A stretch of 44,660 nucleotides of DNA from Candidatus Brocadiaceae bacterium (GTDB lineage Bacteria; Planctomycetota; Brocadiia; SM23-32), in assembly GCA_003551565.1 (NCBI GenBank), contig PUMZ01000165.1:1-44660 (forward strand), in the 5' to 3' direction. Numbering within the stretch: position 1 is the first letter of the stretch; each line of letters starts with the position of its first letter. Made by a program: the position numbers and the translations under genes. Of this stretch, positions 26,601-36,705 are shown piece after piece. Below the pieces are notes generated by a model. That model was given only the letters and a program-made list of their open reading frames with translations. It made no database searches and was not told where the DNA came from.

Positions 26601-27219
26601 GCTGGAAGCGGCACATCGGATCAGGCGCGGCGAGACGGCGGCAACGCCGCCGGATGTACCCATCATTGCTATGACCGCTCATGCCATGGAGGGCGACAGA
26701 GAGGATTGCTTCGATGCCGGGATGGATGACTATGTGGCCAAACCGGTCGAAATGGCATCGCTGCGGGAGGCGATAACAAGGATAACGGAGAAATCGGGAC
26801 GTCCGGGTTGCGCAGTGGGGGATCGGAAGGAGGCGGACGATGCGCTTTTCCTCCCAAACGATCTGGAGAGGCGTGTGGGTGACGTGGAACTCGGACGGGA
26901 ACTGCTGGAGATGTTTATGGAGGAGGCGCCGAAAAAGCTTGTTCAGATAGATGTTCTTATTGAGGGCGGCAAGCCCGCCGAAGCCGCAAAGCGGCTCCAC
27001 GCTCTCAAAGGATCGGCATTGAATCTCGGATGCATTGCCCTGGCCGAGGAAGCGGCGAAAATGGAGCGTGCGATGCAGGACGCCGTGGAGGGCAATGAAG
27101 AGTTCCGGGCGGCTATGGATTCACTGAACGCTACGTACAAAAAAACTGCCGCAATGGTTGCGGACTACGTGCGGGGCGACAGGGAGGGGGCCGGGCGTGA
27201 CGACCAGACTCCGGCCTGA
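23605..27219 (+). CDS. Cytoplasmic hybrid histidine kinase (PAS x4 - HisKA - HATPase - REC - REC - Hpt)
   Basis: H-box [19 protein letters not shown] box LMNLANNAIKFT. Receivers (MLIVCDNG...VTIDMHDP...NKPI; VLLVEDNE...LVLMDVQMP...AKPV). C-terminal Hpt (LHALKGSALNLG). The start is uncertain: GTG 23569, ATG 23605 or ATG 23623. No good RBS is visible. Confidence 0.9.
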   Translation: MQKYHPMESGFQSESKQWEITLRSIGDAVIVTDGAGRVKLLNPVAEKMTGWESTEACGKKLAQVFNIVNARTREKAFDPVKTALEEGTVVGLANHTVLISRNGAEYQIEDSCAPVKNAAGEIQGAVLVFRDVTELYQQRRRLEENEVFLRTTLDALNQPFAVINPESYTVDMANEAYGGRQSVGKKCYSVSHQQDSPCGGAAHRCPVEEVVQTGRPVVVEHVHRYQDGTPQYVNVYAHPIFDDDQRVRQVIEHVVDVTERRRAEERLQESEQRFRSYFDNAPYGIFLSDDKGVYIDVNPAAVAITGYAKTDLIGKNIESILAPGDRDRGLRHFRTVAETGGADGVFGFVTADGERADLRVKAVRLSDEQFIGFTENVTDRKRKEDQLNRFRLALDNSPDQVFLIDPDRMRFLDVNATACRDLGFSREELLAMGPHDIKPRYTRESLRAELERIASLDNSYGVVSTVHRGKSGREIPVEVRIQALESSGSRTVVAIARDISERIKAEQRSRESKKRLESSNRQLYKSIRHANEMAHQAEVASQAKSQFLANMSHEIRTPMNGIIGMTGLLLESDLNEEQQDMADVIRTCADSLLHLINDILDFSKIEAGKLKIDEVDFNLRTMVEEISDVMAVGAAKKDLTFSVRVAPDVPSALRGDPARLRQVLMNLANNAIKFTEHGEVIVNIEPESETERDVVLLFQIKDTGIGIPEEKMDILFNAFEQVDDSNTREFEGSGLGLAISKKLTEMMGGEIIAESVEDAGSTFTFTAQLKKQHGDKQRLADTEPPDDIRGKKMLIVCDNGINRRVMSEFLTSFQMRHDEVDNAEDALAAVEKASREGDPYDIVTIDMHDPGAGRTLGAALRENGGCASLRLVLVTAMRERGTDCLLRENVFDGRINKPIKKDQFFDQLKTLLGTETTDRRCEEPLSPDEPCRSGESKKGPLKVLLVEDNEINRKVAVRILQRIGLDADAVANGQEALLTLNDRPYDLVLMDVQMPVMDGLEAAHRIRRGETAATPPDVPIIAMTAHAMEGDREDCFDAGMDDYVAKPVEMASLREAITRITEKSGRPGCAVGDRKEADDALFLPNDLERRVGDVELGRELLEMFMEEAPKKLVQIDVLIEGGKPAEAAKRLHALKGSALNLGCIALAEEAAKMERAMQDAVEGNEEFRAAMDSLNATYKKTAAMVADYVRGDREGAGRDDQTPA

Positions 27220-27630
27220 ACCGGGCCCTTTTTCTGCTGCAGGAATCCGTGGCCCGCACGAATTCGCACAGTTTTTTGCGCCCCTGGTTGATTTTCGTTA
27301 CGTTTATCCTGGTTTGATGTTATGCGTTAATGCTCTTTGTTTTATTGCGCCGGATATCCCGTACGGAGGTAGAATATTGCAGGTAACTGCTCGGTGAACT
27401 ACGTCAATTCATCCCCACCGTGCCCTGTGCCGGTGGGGAAACTACGGGGTTCACCGAATACTTACAGTTACGGCATGGTGCAGGGTCCCATGATTCAGAA
27501 GACGTGTTCCATGGGTTTGTGGTGAAGGCGCTATGGTTGGGAAATGTTCCGGAGCCTGTTTGTCGGTGAGCCTCCGTGGGCGCCGTTCGGCTTTGGAACG
27601 GCGTATCACCAACCAATTCGCTGAAAGCCG

Positions 27631-28197
27631 ATGTGGTTGAAGGACTACCGACGTTTGATCCGGCATGCGGGGAACAGCAGGATGTATAACGATACCCATG
27701 TGGCTACTTGCGGAGATTATTTTTTGAGTCCCGGCTATATCTACACTCCTGTCCAATCGACAGTCATATCGCTGGTATTGGGTTCGGCGGTCGCTGTCTG
27801 CTTGTATGACAGGAAGAGGCGGGTGGCGGGTATCAATCATTTTCAGTATCCCTACAGCGAGACCCCCCGGCATGGCACTGCAAGGCATGGTGATGCCGCG
27901 ACCCTGACGCTGATCAACATGATGTTGAGCGCCGGCGCCAAACGCCGTCACCTGCGTGCCCAGGTGTTCGGTGGTGCTTACCGCCCGGATCTTTGCAGCC
28001 GGGATGTCGGGCGTGAAAACATCCTGGTGGCCAAAAATTTGCTCCGCCAAAAGGGGATCAAAACCGCATCGGAGGATGTGGGCGGCGAGCTCGGTCGCAA
28101 GGTTGTTTATAAAACGGCCGGCAATGAAGTGGCCGTATTGAAGGTGGAACGGCTCCGCAGCGACGACTGGTATCCATACGAAGGTTGCCGCAGCTGA
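27631..28197 (+). CDS. CheD-family protein lacking the catalytic cysteine
   Basis: LGSAVAVCLYD...GINHFQYP...AQVFGGA...DVGRENI...EDVGGELGRKV matches the CheD layout. The GSC nucleophile position reads GSA. Met18 (27682) is an alternative start. Confidence 0.8.
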   Translation: MWLKDYRRLIRHAGNSRMYNDTHVATCGDYFLSPGYIYTPVQSTVISLVLGSAVAVCLYDRKRRVAGINHFQYPYSETPRHGTARHGDAATLTLINMMLSAGAKRRHLRAQVFGGAYRPDLCSRDVGRENILVAKNLLRQKGIKTASEDVGGELGRKVVYKTAGNEVAVLKVERLRSDDWYPYEGCRS

Positions 28198-28365
28198 CCT
28201 TTCCCGGTCCGCGGGTGGGGAGAGGGGGAGTCTTCAGTCCGGAAAACGGTGCTTGCGGTATGGTCCCGCATAAGAACAGGCATGGGTGACTGGATACGGA
28301 CCCGGACGGGGTTCAACCGTGCATACTGTTTCTACTCCCCATCGTTTTTTGAGAGAGAATAACAT

Positions 28366-29184
28366 ATGGTTGAACTTTCCGATGATGTATTTTATACGGT
28401 AAGGGACATAATATATCATCAGGCGGGCATCCACCTGACCGAACGCAAGCGTGCGCTTGTTACGGCGCGCCTGAGTAAGAGGTTGCGTTTCCTCGGGTTC
28501 AGTGATTATGGTAAGTATTTGGACTATGTCATCTCCGATCAGTCCGGCACAGAGCTCGCCGAACTGATCGACGCCATTGCCACCAACGTGACGTCTTTCT
28601 TCCGTGAGCGCGAACATTTTTGCCTGATGGATTCCTTTTACAGGGCGTGGTATGACGAAGGCCAGAGGAGGTTCCGTTTATGGTCGGCTGCATGTTCGAC
28701 CGGAGAAGAACCCTATTCCATGGCCATCACGCTGCAGGAGAGCGGGCGGCTTCAGGGGGCCGACGTTAAAATCCTGGCGACCGATATCAGTTCAAAGGTT
28801 ATGCGGATTGCAAAGGAGGGCGTTTATTCCGCCGGCAAGCTGGAAACCGTCTCCCAACCGGTTTTGAATGCTTATTTCCGGAAAACAGGGACGAAGAAAG
28901 ATGTTGAAGAGTACCAGGTGCAACAGGTGCTCAAGGACATGATACTGTACCGGCGTTTGAACCTTGCGGCTCCGCCGTTCAAATTGAAAGGACCACTGGA
29001 CATGATCTTTTGCCGCAATGTCATGATCTACTTCGAACGGCGGACACGCTGTCGCCTGGTGGAGGAGTTTGGACGTCTGCTGAGACCGGGAGGGTATCTT
29101 TTTGTCGGACATGCTGAATCGCTGACGGGACTCGGTGTGAAAAGTTTGAAACCTTTTGGTGTTTCCGTTTACAAAAAAGCTTGA
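28366..29184 (+). CDS. cheR: Chemotaxis methyltransferase CheR
   Basis: TNVTSFFREREHF, RLWSAACSTGEEPYSMAI, ILATDIS, IFCRNVMIYF and GGYLFVGHAE. Confidence 0.93.
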   Translation: MVELSDDVFYTVRDIIYHQAGIHLTERKRALVTARLSKRLRFLGFSDYGKYLDYVISDQSGTELAELIDAIATNVTSFFREREHFCLMDSFYRAWYDEGQRRFRLWSAACSTGEEPYSMAITLQESGRLQGADVKILATDISSKVMRIAKEGVYSAGKLETVSQPVLNAYFRKTGTKKDVEEYQVQQVLKDMILYRRLNLAAPPFKLKGPLDMIFCRNVMIYFERRTRCRLVEEFGRLLRPGGYLFVGHAESLTGLGVKSLKPFGVSVYKKA

Positions 29185-29243
29185 TGCAAATGAGTTAACT
29201 TGTGGGCACAAAAACACAATTTCATGGCGTGCCGGGCGTCCGG

Positions 29244-29717
29244 ATGGTCGCGGTGGGCATAGGGGAGATGGCCGTATCAGATGACCCGTCGGAGGTCTTG
29301 ATCACGTATTCGTTGGGGTCCTGTATCGGTGTGAGCATGTACGATCCGGCAGTTAAAATCGGCGGTCTTATCCACTGCATGTTGCCTTTGAGCAAGGTGA
29401 ACCGCGATAAGGCCCGGCAGCAGCCGGCCATGTTCGTCGATACAGGGATTGTCGAATTGCTGCGGGAAATGTATAAGCTGGGCGCCACCTCCGGAAACGT
29501 GATCGCCAAAGTGGCGGGCGGCGCGGCGGTGCTGGACAAAAAAGAGCTCTTTCGGATAGGCAAGAGGAATCTGACCGTTTTGCGAAAAATTTTATGGAAA
29601 AACAACATTTTGCTGGAAGCGGAGGATGTCGGAGGAGCCAGGCCGCGCACTTTGCACCTGGAGATCAAAACCGGCTCCACGGTTGTGAAGTCCCGTGGTA
29701 CAGGAAAAAGACTGTAG
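29244..29717 (+). CDS. cheD: Chemoreceptor glutamine deamidase CheD (canonical active site)
   Basis: MVAVGIGEMAV...SLGSCIGVSMYD...GGLIHCMLP...AKVAGGA...IGKRNL...EDVGGARPR. My recollection of T. maritima CheD is that it starts MKKVIGIGEYAV, which supports ATG 29244. GTG 29202 is upstream and in frame. Confidence 0.88.
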   Translation: MVAVGIGEMAVSDDPSEVLITYSLGSCIGVSMYDPAVKIGGLIHCMLPLSKVNRDKARQQPAMFVDTGIVELLREMYKLGATSGNVIAKVAGGAAVLDKKELFRIGKRNLTVLRKILWKNNILLEAEDVGGARPRTLHLEIKTGSTVVKSRGTGKRL

Positions 29718-29765
29718 TCCATGTTTTCGGTGTGTATTGCCTCTGAATTGCAGGAAGGGTACGAT

Positions 29766-30142
29766 ATGAGCACTAAAATCCTTGTTGTGGATGACTCCCC
29801 CCTTGTCCGGAAAATGGTCGGGAAGACCATTCAACTCAGCCATCTGGAAAATCCGGACGTGTACGAAGCCGGAAACGGCAGAGAGGCCCTGGATATTCTG
29901 GACAGCGACCATATGGATCTCGTTATATCGGATATACATATGCCGCAGATGGGCGGGGAGGAGCTGATCGCAGCCATCCGCAAATCCACAAAGTATGCCG
30001 ATCTGCCCGTGATGATACTCAGCTCCGAGGGCAGTGAAGCGATGGTGAAGAAGCTGAAAGCGCAGGGGATAAAATTGTTCGTGCAGAAACCATTTACTCC
30101 CGAATCTCTCCGTGATGCGATCGAATCGTTTGATTTTCTGGT

Positions 30143-30146
<4 letters not shown>
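29766..30146 (+). CDS. cheY: CheY-like single-domain response regulator
   Basis: MSTKILVVDDSPLVRK, LVISDIHMPQMGG, ILSSEG and VQKPF. Confidence 0.9.
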
Positions 30147-31673
<1,527 letters not shown>

Positions 31674-32014
31674 GGGAACGGCGCGTCCCTTCCCGTTCAT
31701 CCGGAAACGGGTGAATATCGATGAGGAAGCGGAGGTCTTTTTGACGCCCGGCGCTTTCCACGGGAAGGTGCGGCGTCGCCACACTTTCCAGGAAGCGATG
31801 GTCCGCCTCCGGGGTGCATGGAACCGAAATGATTTTCCGCCACCTGGAAATATGTTCCGCTTCCACTGGCGCATTGCCCTTCTCCTCCGGGCCGGAAGCG
31901 GCCGCGGCGCTCCGGATCTGTTGCCTCAAAATCGAAGGTCAGGTCCCCTTTGCCCCTCCGGAAGCGCCGGACAGCAAACATCGGGCAACCGGCAACGACG
32001 AACCCGCAGCCTTC

Positions 32015-32030
32015 CGGCATAACGTTTGCA
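32015..32030 (+). promoter_or_regulatory. Sigma-54 (-24/-12) promoter candidate for the flgF operon
   Basis: CGGCATAACGTTTGCA compared with the consensus TGGCACG-N4-TTGCA. GG and GC are correctly spaced and TTGCA is intact. It lies 48 nt upstream of the flgF ATG. Confidence 0.5.
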
Positions 32031-32077
32031 TAATGATCCGGCAGCCATAGTTTTCTCCAGTCAACGGAACAAAAAAA

Positions 32078-32794
32078 ATGCCGACATGCATTCATCAGAC
32101 TGCCGGTCATATGCGGAACCAGATGCGCTCCATGGACACCGTCGCCCACAATCTGGCCAACGCCGGCACTCCCGGTTTTAAGAGAATGATCACCCATTTC
32201 ATCGACTCCGGGAAAGATGGAAGCGCGATAGCGAACCGGGCCTCTTTCCCCGAACTGGATGCAAGGCGGATCGATTTCTCCCAGGGGCCGGTTCAACGCA
32301 CCGGCAGGGATCTGGATGTCGCGGTCAATGGGGATGCCTTCCTCGCGGTGGAGACAGAAAACGGTCTCAGGCTCACGCGTAAAGGAAGAATGTACATGGA
32401 TCGCGAGGGAAACCTGCACGATGGCAGCGGAAATCCGTTCGCCAGCGATGGGGGCGCAATGCAGGTCCCGAGCGGATGGGACGATTTGACCATCGACGGA
32501 TACGGTAACGTGTCGGTGGACGGAGAGGAGCTGGGCCGGCTGACTCTGCTGCATATCCCGGATAAAGAGAACCTCCGCCCGGCGGGGAACGCTCTGTATG
32601 AATACGTCGGGGACCGGATGGAGCCGGCGTTCGAGGCCGAAATCGTCCAGCAGTCGATTGAACAATCGAATGTCAAGCCGATGAGCGAGATCGTCAACCT
32701 GATGATGCGGGCGCTCCGAAGCTACGAAGCCGGCACGCAGATTCTGACACGTGTGGACGAACTGCAGGGACGGGTCATCAATACGGCGTCATAG
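32078..32794 (+). CDS. flgF: Flagellar basal-body rod protein FlgF
   Basis: The N-terminal MDTVAHNLANAGTPGFKR rod signature, 238 aa, and a position immediately upstream of flgG. Confidence 0.85.
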   Translation: MPTCIHQTAGHMRNQMRSMDTVAHNLANAGTPGFKRMITHFIDSGKDGSAIANRASFPELDARRIDFSQGPVQRTGRDLDVAVNGDAFLAVETENGLRLTRKGRMYMDREGNLHDGSGNPFASDGGAMQVPSGWDDLTIDGYGNVSVDGEELGRLTLLHIPDKENLRPAGNALYEYVGDRMEPAFEAEIVQQSIEQSNVKPMSEIVNLMMRALRSYEAGTQILTRVDELQGRVINTAS

Positions 32795-32806
32795 GGAGAA
32801 CACAAC

Positions 32807-33589
32807 ATGAGAGCAATGTTTACGGCAGCAAGCGGAATGGACGCACAGACGCTCCGGATCGATACGATTGCCAACAATTTGGCGAACGCCGACACCACCG
32901 GCTTCAAAAAATCGCAGGTCGACTTCACAGACCTGATGTATGCCGCCGTGCATCGGCCGGGCAGCGACCGGACCTCCGGCACCCATACACCGACGGGGCT
33001 CGAGGTGGGTACAGGAGTCATGCCCGCATCCACACTGAAGATCTTCACTGCCGGAACAATACACAATACGGCGGGAGAACTCGACCTGGCCATCAACGGG
33101 CACGGATTTTTCCAGGTGGAGACGCATACGGGAGAGATCAGATACACCAGGGACGGCAACTTGCGAATGAACTCCGAAGGCACCATCGTCACCAGCCAGG
33201 GGAACCCGCTTTACCCGCGCATTTCATTGCCCACCGATGCAGAGAGCGTATCGATCGGGCGCGACGGTACGGTCTCCGTCAAAACGCCGGGCGCGGAGCA
33301 GAGGCAGATCGGCGAAATTGAACTGTCCCGATTTACAAACCCGGCCGGGCTCAGCAGCGAGGGGGGGAACCTGTTCTCGGAAACGATGGCCAGCGGTCCA
33401 CCCGCCACCGGCAGGCCCGGCTCCGACGGGCTGGGTGAGCTGCATCAGGGATACCTGGAAGGTTCCAACGTCAAAGTGGTCAACGAACTGGTGGATCTTA
33501 TATCGGCACAAAGGACCTACGAACTGAATTCAAGGGTGGTGCAGGCGGGCGACAGGGTGATGCAGGCGGCCAACCAGATAGTAACTTGA
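32807..33589 (+). CDS. flgG: Flagellar distal rod protein FlgG
   Basis: MRAMFTAASGMDAQTLRIDTIANNLANADTTGFKK; C-terminal YLEGSNVKVVNELVDLISAQRTYELNSR; 260 aa. Confidence 0.93.
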   Translation: MRAMFTAASGMDAQTLRIDTIANNLANADTTGFKKSQVDFTDLMYAAVHRPGSDRTSGTHTPTGLEVGTGVMPASTLKIFTAGTIHNTAGELDLAINGHGFFQVETHTGEIRYTRDGNLRMNSEGTIVTSQGNPLYPRISLPTDAESVSIGRDGTVSVKTPGAEQRQIGEIELSRFTNPAGLSSEGGNLFSETMASGPPATGRPGSDGLGELHQGYLEGSNVKVVNELVDLISAQRTYELNSRVVQAGDRVMQAANQIVT

Positions 33590-33620
33590 AAACCGTAACC
33601 GGAATCGGGAAAGAATAATC

Positions 33621-34625
33621 ATGATAGCAACAAGAAAAACAATCTGTTTGATGCTCATGAGCGGGTGCCTGTGGGCGGCGGACGCCGTTGCGGATGCGCC
33701 CGGTGCCGTTATCACGCTGCAAGAGACAGTTACGGTATCCGAAGAGCGTATCGTGCTCCGGGATGTTGCCGAAGTGGAAGGAGAGACCGACGCCGGCGAT
33801 CTGGTCGTCGGGAACAGCCCGTGGCCCGGTAGCTCGCGCAGGGTCAGCGCCGCCCTGGTGCGGATGCGCCTGCTGGGAGAGGGATACGATCTGCGGCAAT
33901 TCGAGTTCCGCGGCCCCGAAACCGCCGTCGTTACACGCTCCGCCCACCGGATAGAACCGGAAAAGATAATCGATACGGCCAGGAAGCACCTCCGCAACCG
34001 TTTCCCGGCGGGGCTGGAAAGCGCACAAATCAGCCTGATCGGCGATTGTCCTCCGGTCGTGGTGGGAGAAGCCAGCAAGGACGGAATCAAACTTCTCCCC
34101 TCCACCCGCAACAATGGCCGGAAGGGCACAACCGTTACCGTCGACGTGGACGTCATAAATAACGGCCGGCGGCTGAAAAGGATCCCTCTGAGATTTTCGG
34201 TGAGTGTTGAAGAAAAGGTGGCGATTGCGGGAAGGCATATCCGCACCGGTGAGAGGATCGAACGCGAGGATGTGCAGTTCCGAGTCACCAACGTCGGTGG
34301 CCTGAGCGGCGCGCCCCTTACCGATCCGGATGCACTGGCAGGGAAAGTAGCTGCCCGCTCCATCAGCCCTGGACAGGTCATAACCGTCAACGCCATCGGC
34401 GAACCGGAACCCGAAGTGGTCGTGCGCACCAACCAGCGCGTAACGCTGGTCTTCAATAACGGAAGCCTCAGCATGGATACCTCCGCGAAAGCTTTGCACG
34501 GGGCCAGAGTCGGCGAACGGGTCAGGGTGGAGAACCTCATCAGCGGCCGGATCGTGGAGGGGGTCGCCAGGGAAGACGGTGTGGTGGAGGTCGGATCAAG
34601 TGCCAACAGTCAAACAGGGAGGTGA
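33621..34625 (+). CDS. flgA: Flagellar P-ring assembly chaperone FlgA (long form)
   Basis: Signal peptide. SAF-like AARSISPGQVITVNAI. C-terminal VTLVFNNGSLSMDTSAKALHGARVGERVRVENLISGRIVEGV. Located between flgG and flgH. Confidence 0.8.
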   Translation: MIATRKTICLMLMSGCLWAADAVADAPGAVITLQETVTVSEERIVLRDVAEVEGETDAGDLVVGNSPWPGSSRRVSAALVRMRLLGEGYDLRQFEFRGPETAVVTRSAHRIEPEKIIDTARKHLRNRFPAGLESAQISLIGDCPPVVVGEASKDGIKLLPSTRNNGRKGTTVTVDVDVINNGRRLKRIPLRFSVSVEEKVAIAGRHIRTGERIEREDVQFRVTNVGGLSGAPLTDPDALAGKVAARSISPGQVITVNAIGEPEPEVVVRTNQRVTLVFNNGSLSMDTSAKALHGARVGERVRVENLISGRIVEGVAREDGVVEVGSSANSQTGR

Positions 34626-34630
34626 CAAAA

Positions 34631-35260
34631 ATGCCGTTGGGGACCACAAAAAAAACAGGGAGATTGCGGGACGCCATCCTTCTTGCCGCCGCAGCAATGC
34701 TTTCCCTTTCCACCTGCGCCGTCGCCGGCAGCCTCTGGGCGCGCAGGGACGAAAGGGCCGGCAACCTTTTCCAGGATAACGTGGCGGCCCGGAAGGGCGA
34801 TACGCTCACCGTGATGATATCGGAAGAGAGTTCGTTTGCCAGAGAGGGACGACGCGACAGCAACAAAAGCACGTCCTCCAGCGCTTCGGCCGGTCTGCAA
34901 ACCACACTGGACAACACCGACGATTTCTCCGGCGCGGTGTCCCACTCCTCCGACCGTGAATTCCACGGCTCCGACAGGCGTTCCGGCAACCGCCAATTCG
35001 TCGACAGCATCACGGTAACGGTCATTGATGTTCTGCCCAACGGGAACATGGTTCTGGCCGGGCGCAGCGAGCGGCACATAGCGGATGAGGAGGTTACCAC
35101 GATTCTTTCGGGGATCGTACGGCCCACGGATATTTCCGGAGAAAACGCCGTTGCATCCACCGACATCGCCAACCTGCAGGTGTATTACGAAACCAAAGAT
35201 ACAGCCTACGTGCGGGACGGCTGGTTGAGCACGCTGTTCAACCTTGTATGGCCGTTCTGA
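34631..35260 (+). CDS. flgH: Flagellar L-ring lipoprotein FlgH
   Basis: GGGAGG RBS. Lipobox LSLSTC. SLWARRDERAGNLFQDNVAARKGDTLTVMISE. Confidence 0.9.
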   Translation: MPLGTTKKTGRLRDAILLAAAAMLSLSTCAVAGSLWARRDERAGNLFQDNVAARKGDTLTVMISEESSFAREGRRDSNKSTSSSASAGLQTTLDNTDDFSGAVSHSSDREFHGSDRRSGNRQFVDSITVTVIDVLPNGNMVLAGRSERHIADEEVTTILSGIVRPTDISGENAVASTDIANLQVYYETKDTAYVRDGWLSTLFNLVWPF

Positions 35261-35273
35261 GGAGATCGATATC

Positions 35274-36392
35274 ATGAACAGAACAATGGTCACCAGCTTT
35301 GTCGTTATGTCCCTGGTTCTTCTGGCAGCGGCCGCTCCAACCCATGGCAGCGGGGCACGCATAAAAGATATAACTTCGGTGCGGGGGATACGGTCCAATC
35401 AGCTCTATGGGGTGGGACTTGTGGTGGGGCTCGACGGCACCGGCGCCGGAAGCAATGCGGCCGCCGAAATGGCCGCAGGCATGATGGGCCGCCTCCGGGG
35501 CCGGCACCTCTCCGAGCTCGATGCCGACAACATCGCCGTGGTGATGGTCACCGCCGATCTGCCGGCCTTTGCCGAACCCGGGGACGTTATCGACGTAACG
35601 GTCAATGCGCTCGACGAGGCGGGAAGCCTTCGCGGAGGCACGCTGGTGCTGACTCCCCTTGCGGGAGCGGACGGCGAGGTGTATGCTGTGGCCCAGGGGC
35701 CGGTGGCCGTGGGTGGGTTCGCGGTGGAAGGCGCAGCTGCCAGCGTGACCGAAGGCGTCCCCACGGTGGGGCGCATCCCGGGAGGAGCGACTGTGGAGCG
35801 TAAGGTCGAGATGGCATTTACGGGAAAAGACGAAGTGGTTTTTGCGCTGCATAATCCCGATTTTGCAACCGCTGCAAGGATCGCCGACGCGATCGAAGCC
35901 CGGCTCCGCCTGGAAACAAATATCGCCAACCCCGCAACCGTTGAAGTTTCCATCAGCGATCTGTATGGCAATAACGAGAGAATGCGCACAATCAGCGAGA
36001 TCCAGATGCTGAGGGTGGTCCCCGACAGCAAAGCGGTGGTGGTGATCAATGAACGCACCGGCACGGTGGTGGCGGGCAGGAGCATCGGCATATCCACCAT
36101 AGCTGTAAGCCACGGACCGCTCACAGTTGTGGTGGAGGAGCTGCCGGAGGTGTTTATGCCGCCGCCCTTCAGCGATGCAGATCCGGAAACCGTCGACCGC
36201 ACCGAAATATCCGTGCTGGAACGCACGCTGCCGGACCAGGAGAGCGGACTCACCGTCCTCAACAGGGGCACCACGGTTGAAGAGGTGGCCCGGGCGCTGA
36301 ACCTGCTGGGCGCCGGGCCAAGGGAGCTGATCAGCATTTTCGAAGCCATCAACGAGGCAGGAGCACTCCATGCAGAACTCAGGATTATGTAA
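35274..36392 (+). CDS. flgI: Flagellar P-ring protein FlgI
   Basis: Signal peptide, then RIKDITSVRGIRSNQLYGVGLVVGLDGTGA. The C-terminus reads ELISIFEAINEAGALHAEL. Confidence 0.93.
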   Translation: MNRTMVTSFVVMSLVLLAAAAPTHGSGARIKDITSVRGIRSNQLYGVGLVVGLDGTGAGSNAAAEMAAGMMGRLRGRHLSELDADNIAVVMVTADLPAFAEPGDVIDVTVNALDEAGSLRGGTLVLTPLAGADGEVYAVAQGPVAVGGFAVEGAAASVTEGVPTVGRIPGGATVERKVEMAFTGKDEVVFALHNPDFATAARIADAIEARLRLETNIANPATVEVSISDLYGNNERMRTISEIQMLRVVPDSKAVVVINERTGTVVAGRSIGISTIAVSHGPLTVVVEELPEVFMPPPFSDADPETVDRTEISVLERTLPDQESGLTVLNRGTTVEEVARALNLLGAGPRELISIFEAINEAGALHAELRIM

Positions 36393-36705
36393 CAGCACCG
36401 TCGGTATCGACCCGGCCGTCAACAACGATCGCCGGATGGAAGTGGCGGCACAAAAGTCATTTGGTGCGCAACAAGAGGAACAACTCGCCCGGGATTTCGC
36501 GGAAGTTTTCTATACCATTGTTGTGAAGGAAATGAAGAAAACCATCCAGCGCCCTGAACAGGATTCCGTGGCGGAAGGCGTCTCCGGTCTGATCGGCATG
36601 TACCTGCCACGCAGCATGGCCGGAAGGGCGAACGACCCGCTGAAAAGTTATTTCTACGACCATTTAACCTCCCAGTTCGGAGCAAATATCGATGAAGGCG
36701 CCTGA
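36370..36705 (+). CDS. Rod-binding protein (FlgJ N-terminal-like, no muramidase domain)
   Basis: LARDFAEVFYTIVVKEMKKT matches the rod-binding-domain motif. It overlaps the flgI 3' end by 23 nt. Confidence 0.65.
   Translation: MQNSGLCNSTVGIDPAVNNDRRMEVAAQKSFGAQQEEQLARDFAEVFYTIVVKEMKKTIQRPEQDSVAEGVSGLIGMYLPRSMAGRANDPLKSYFYDHLTSQFGANIDEGA

Noticed and set aside
23629-27000. 458-aa and 407-aa minus-strand ORFs antisense to hybrid kinase 2
   Set aside because: The same shadow-ORF reasoning applies.
33498-36425. Long minus-strand ORFs (333, 358, 262, 395 and 315 aa) antisense to flgA, flgH and flgI; likewise 39140-40345 antisense to flgL and 9725-10609 antisense to cheW
   Set aside because: The plus-strand genes have clear flagellar or chemotaxis signatures, and the antisense frames show only GC-biased composition.
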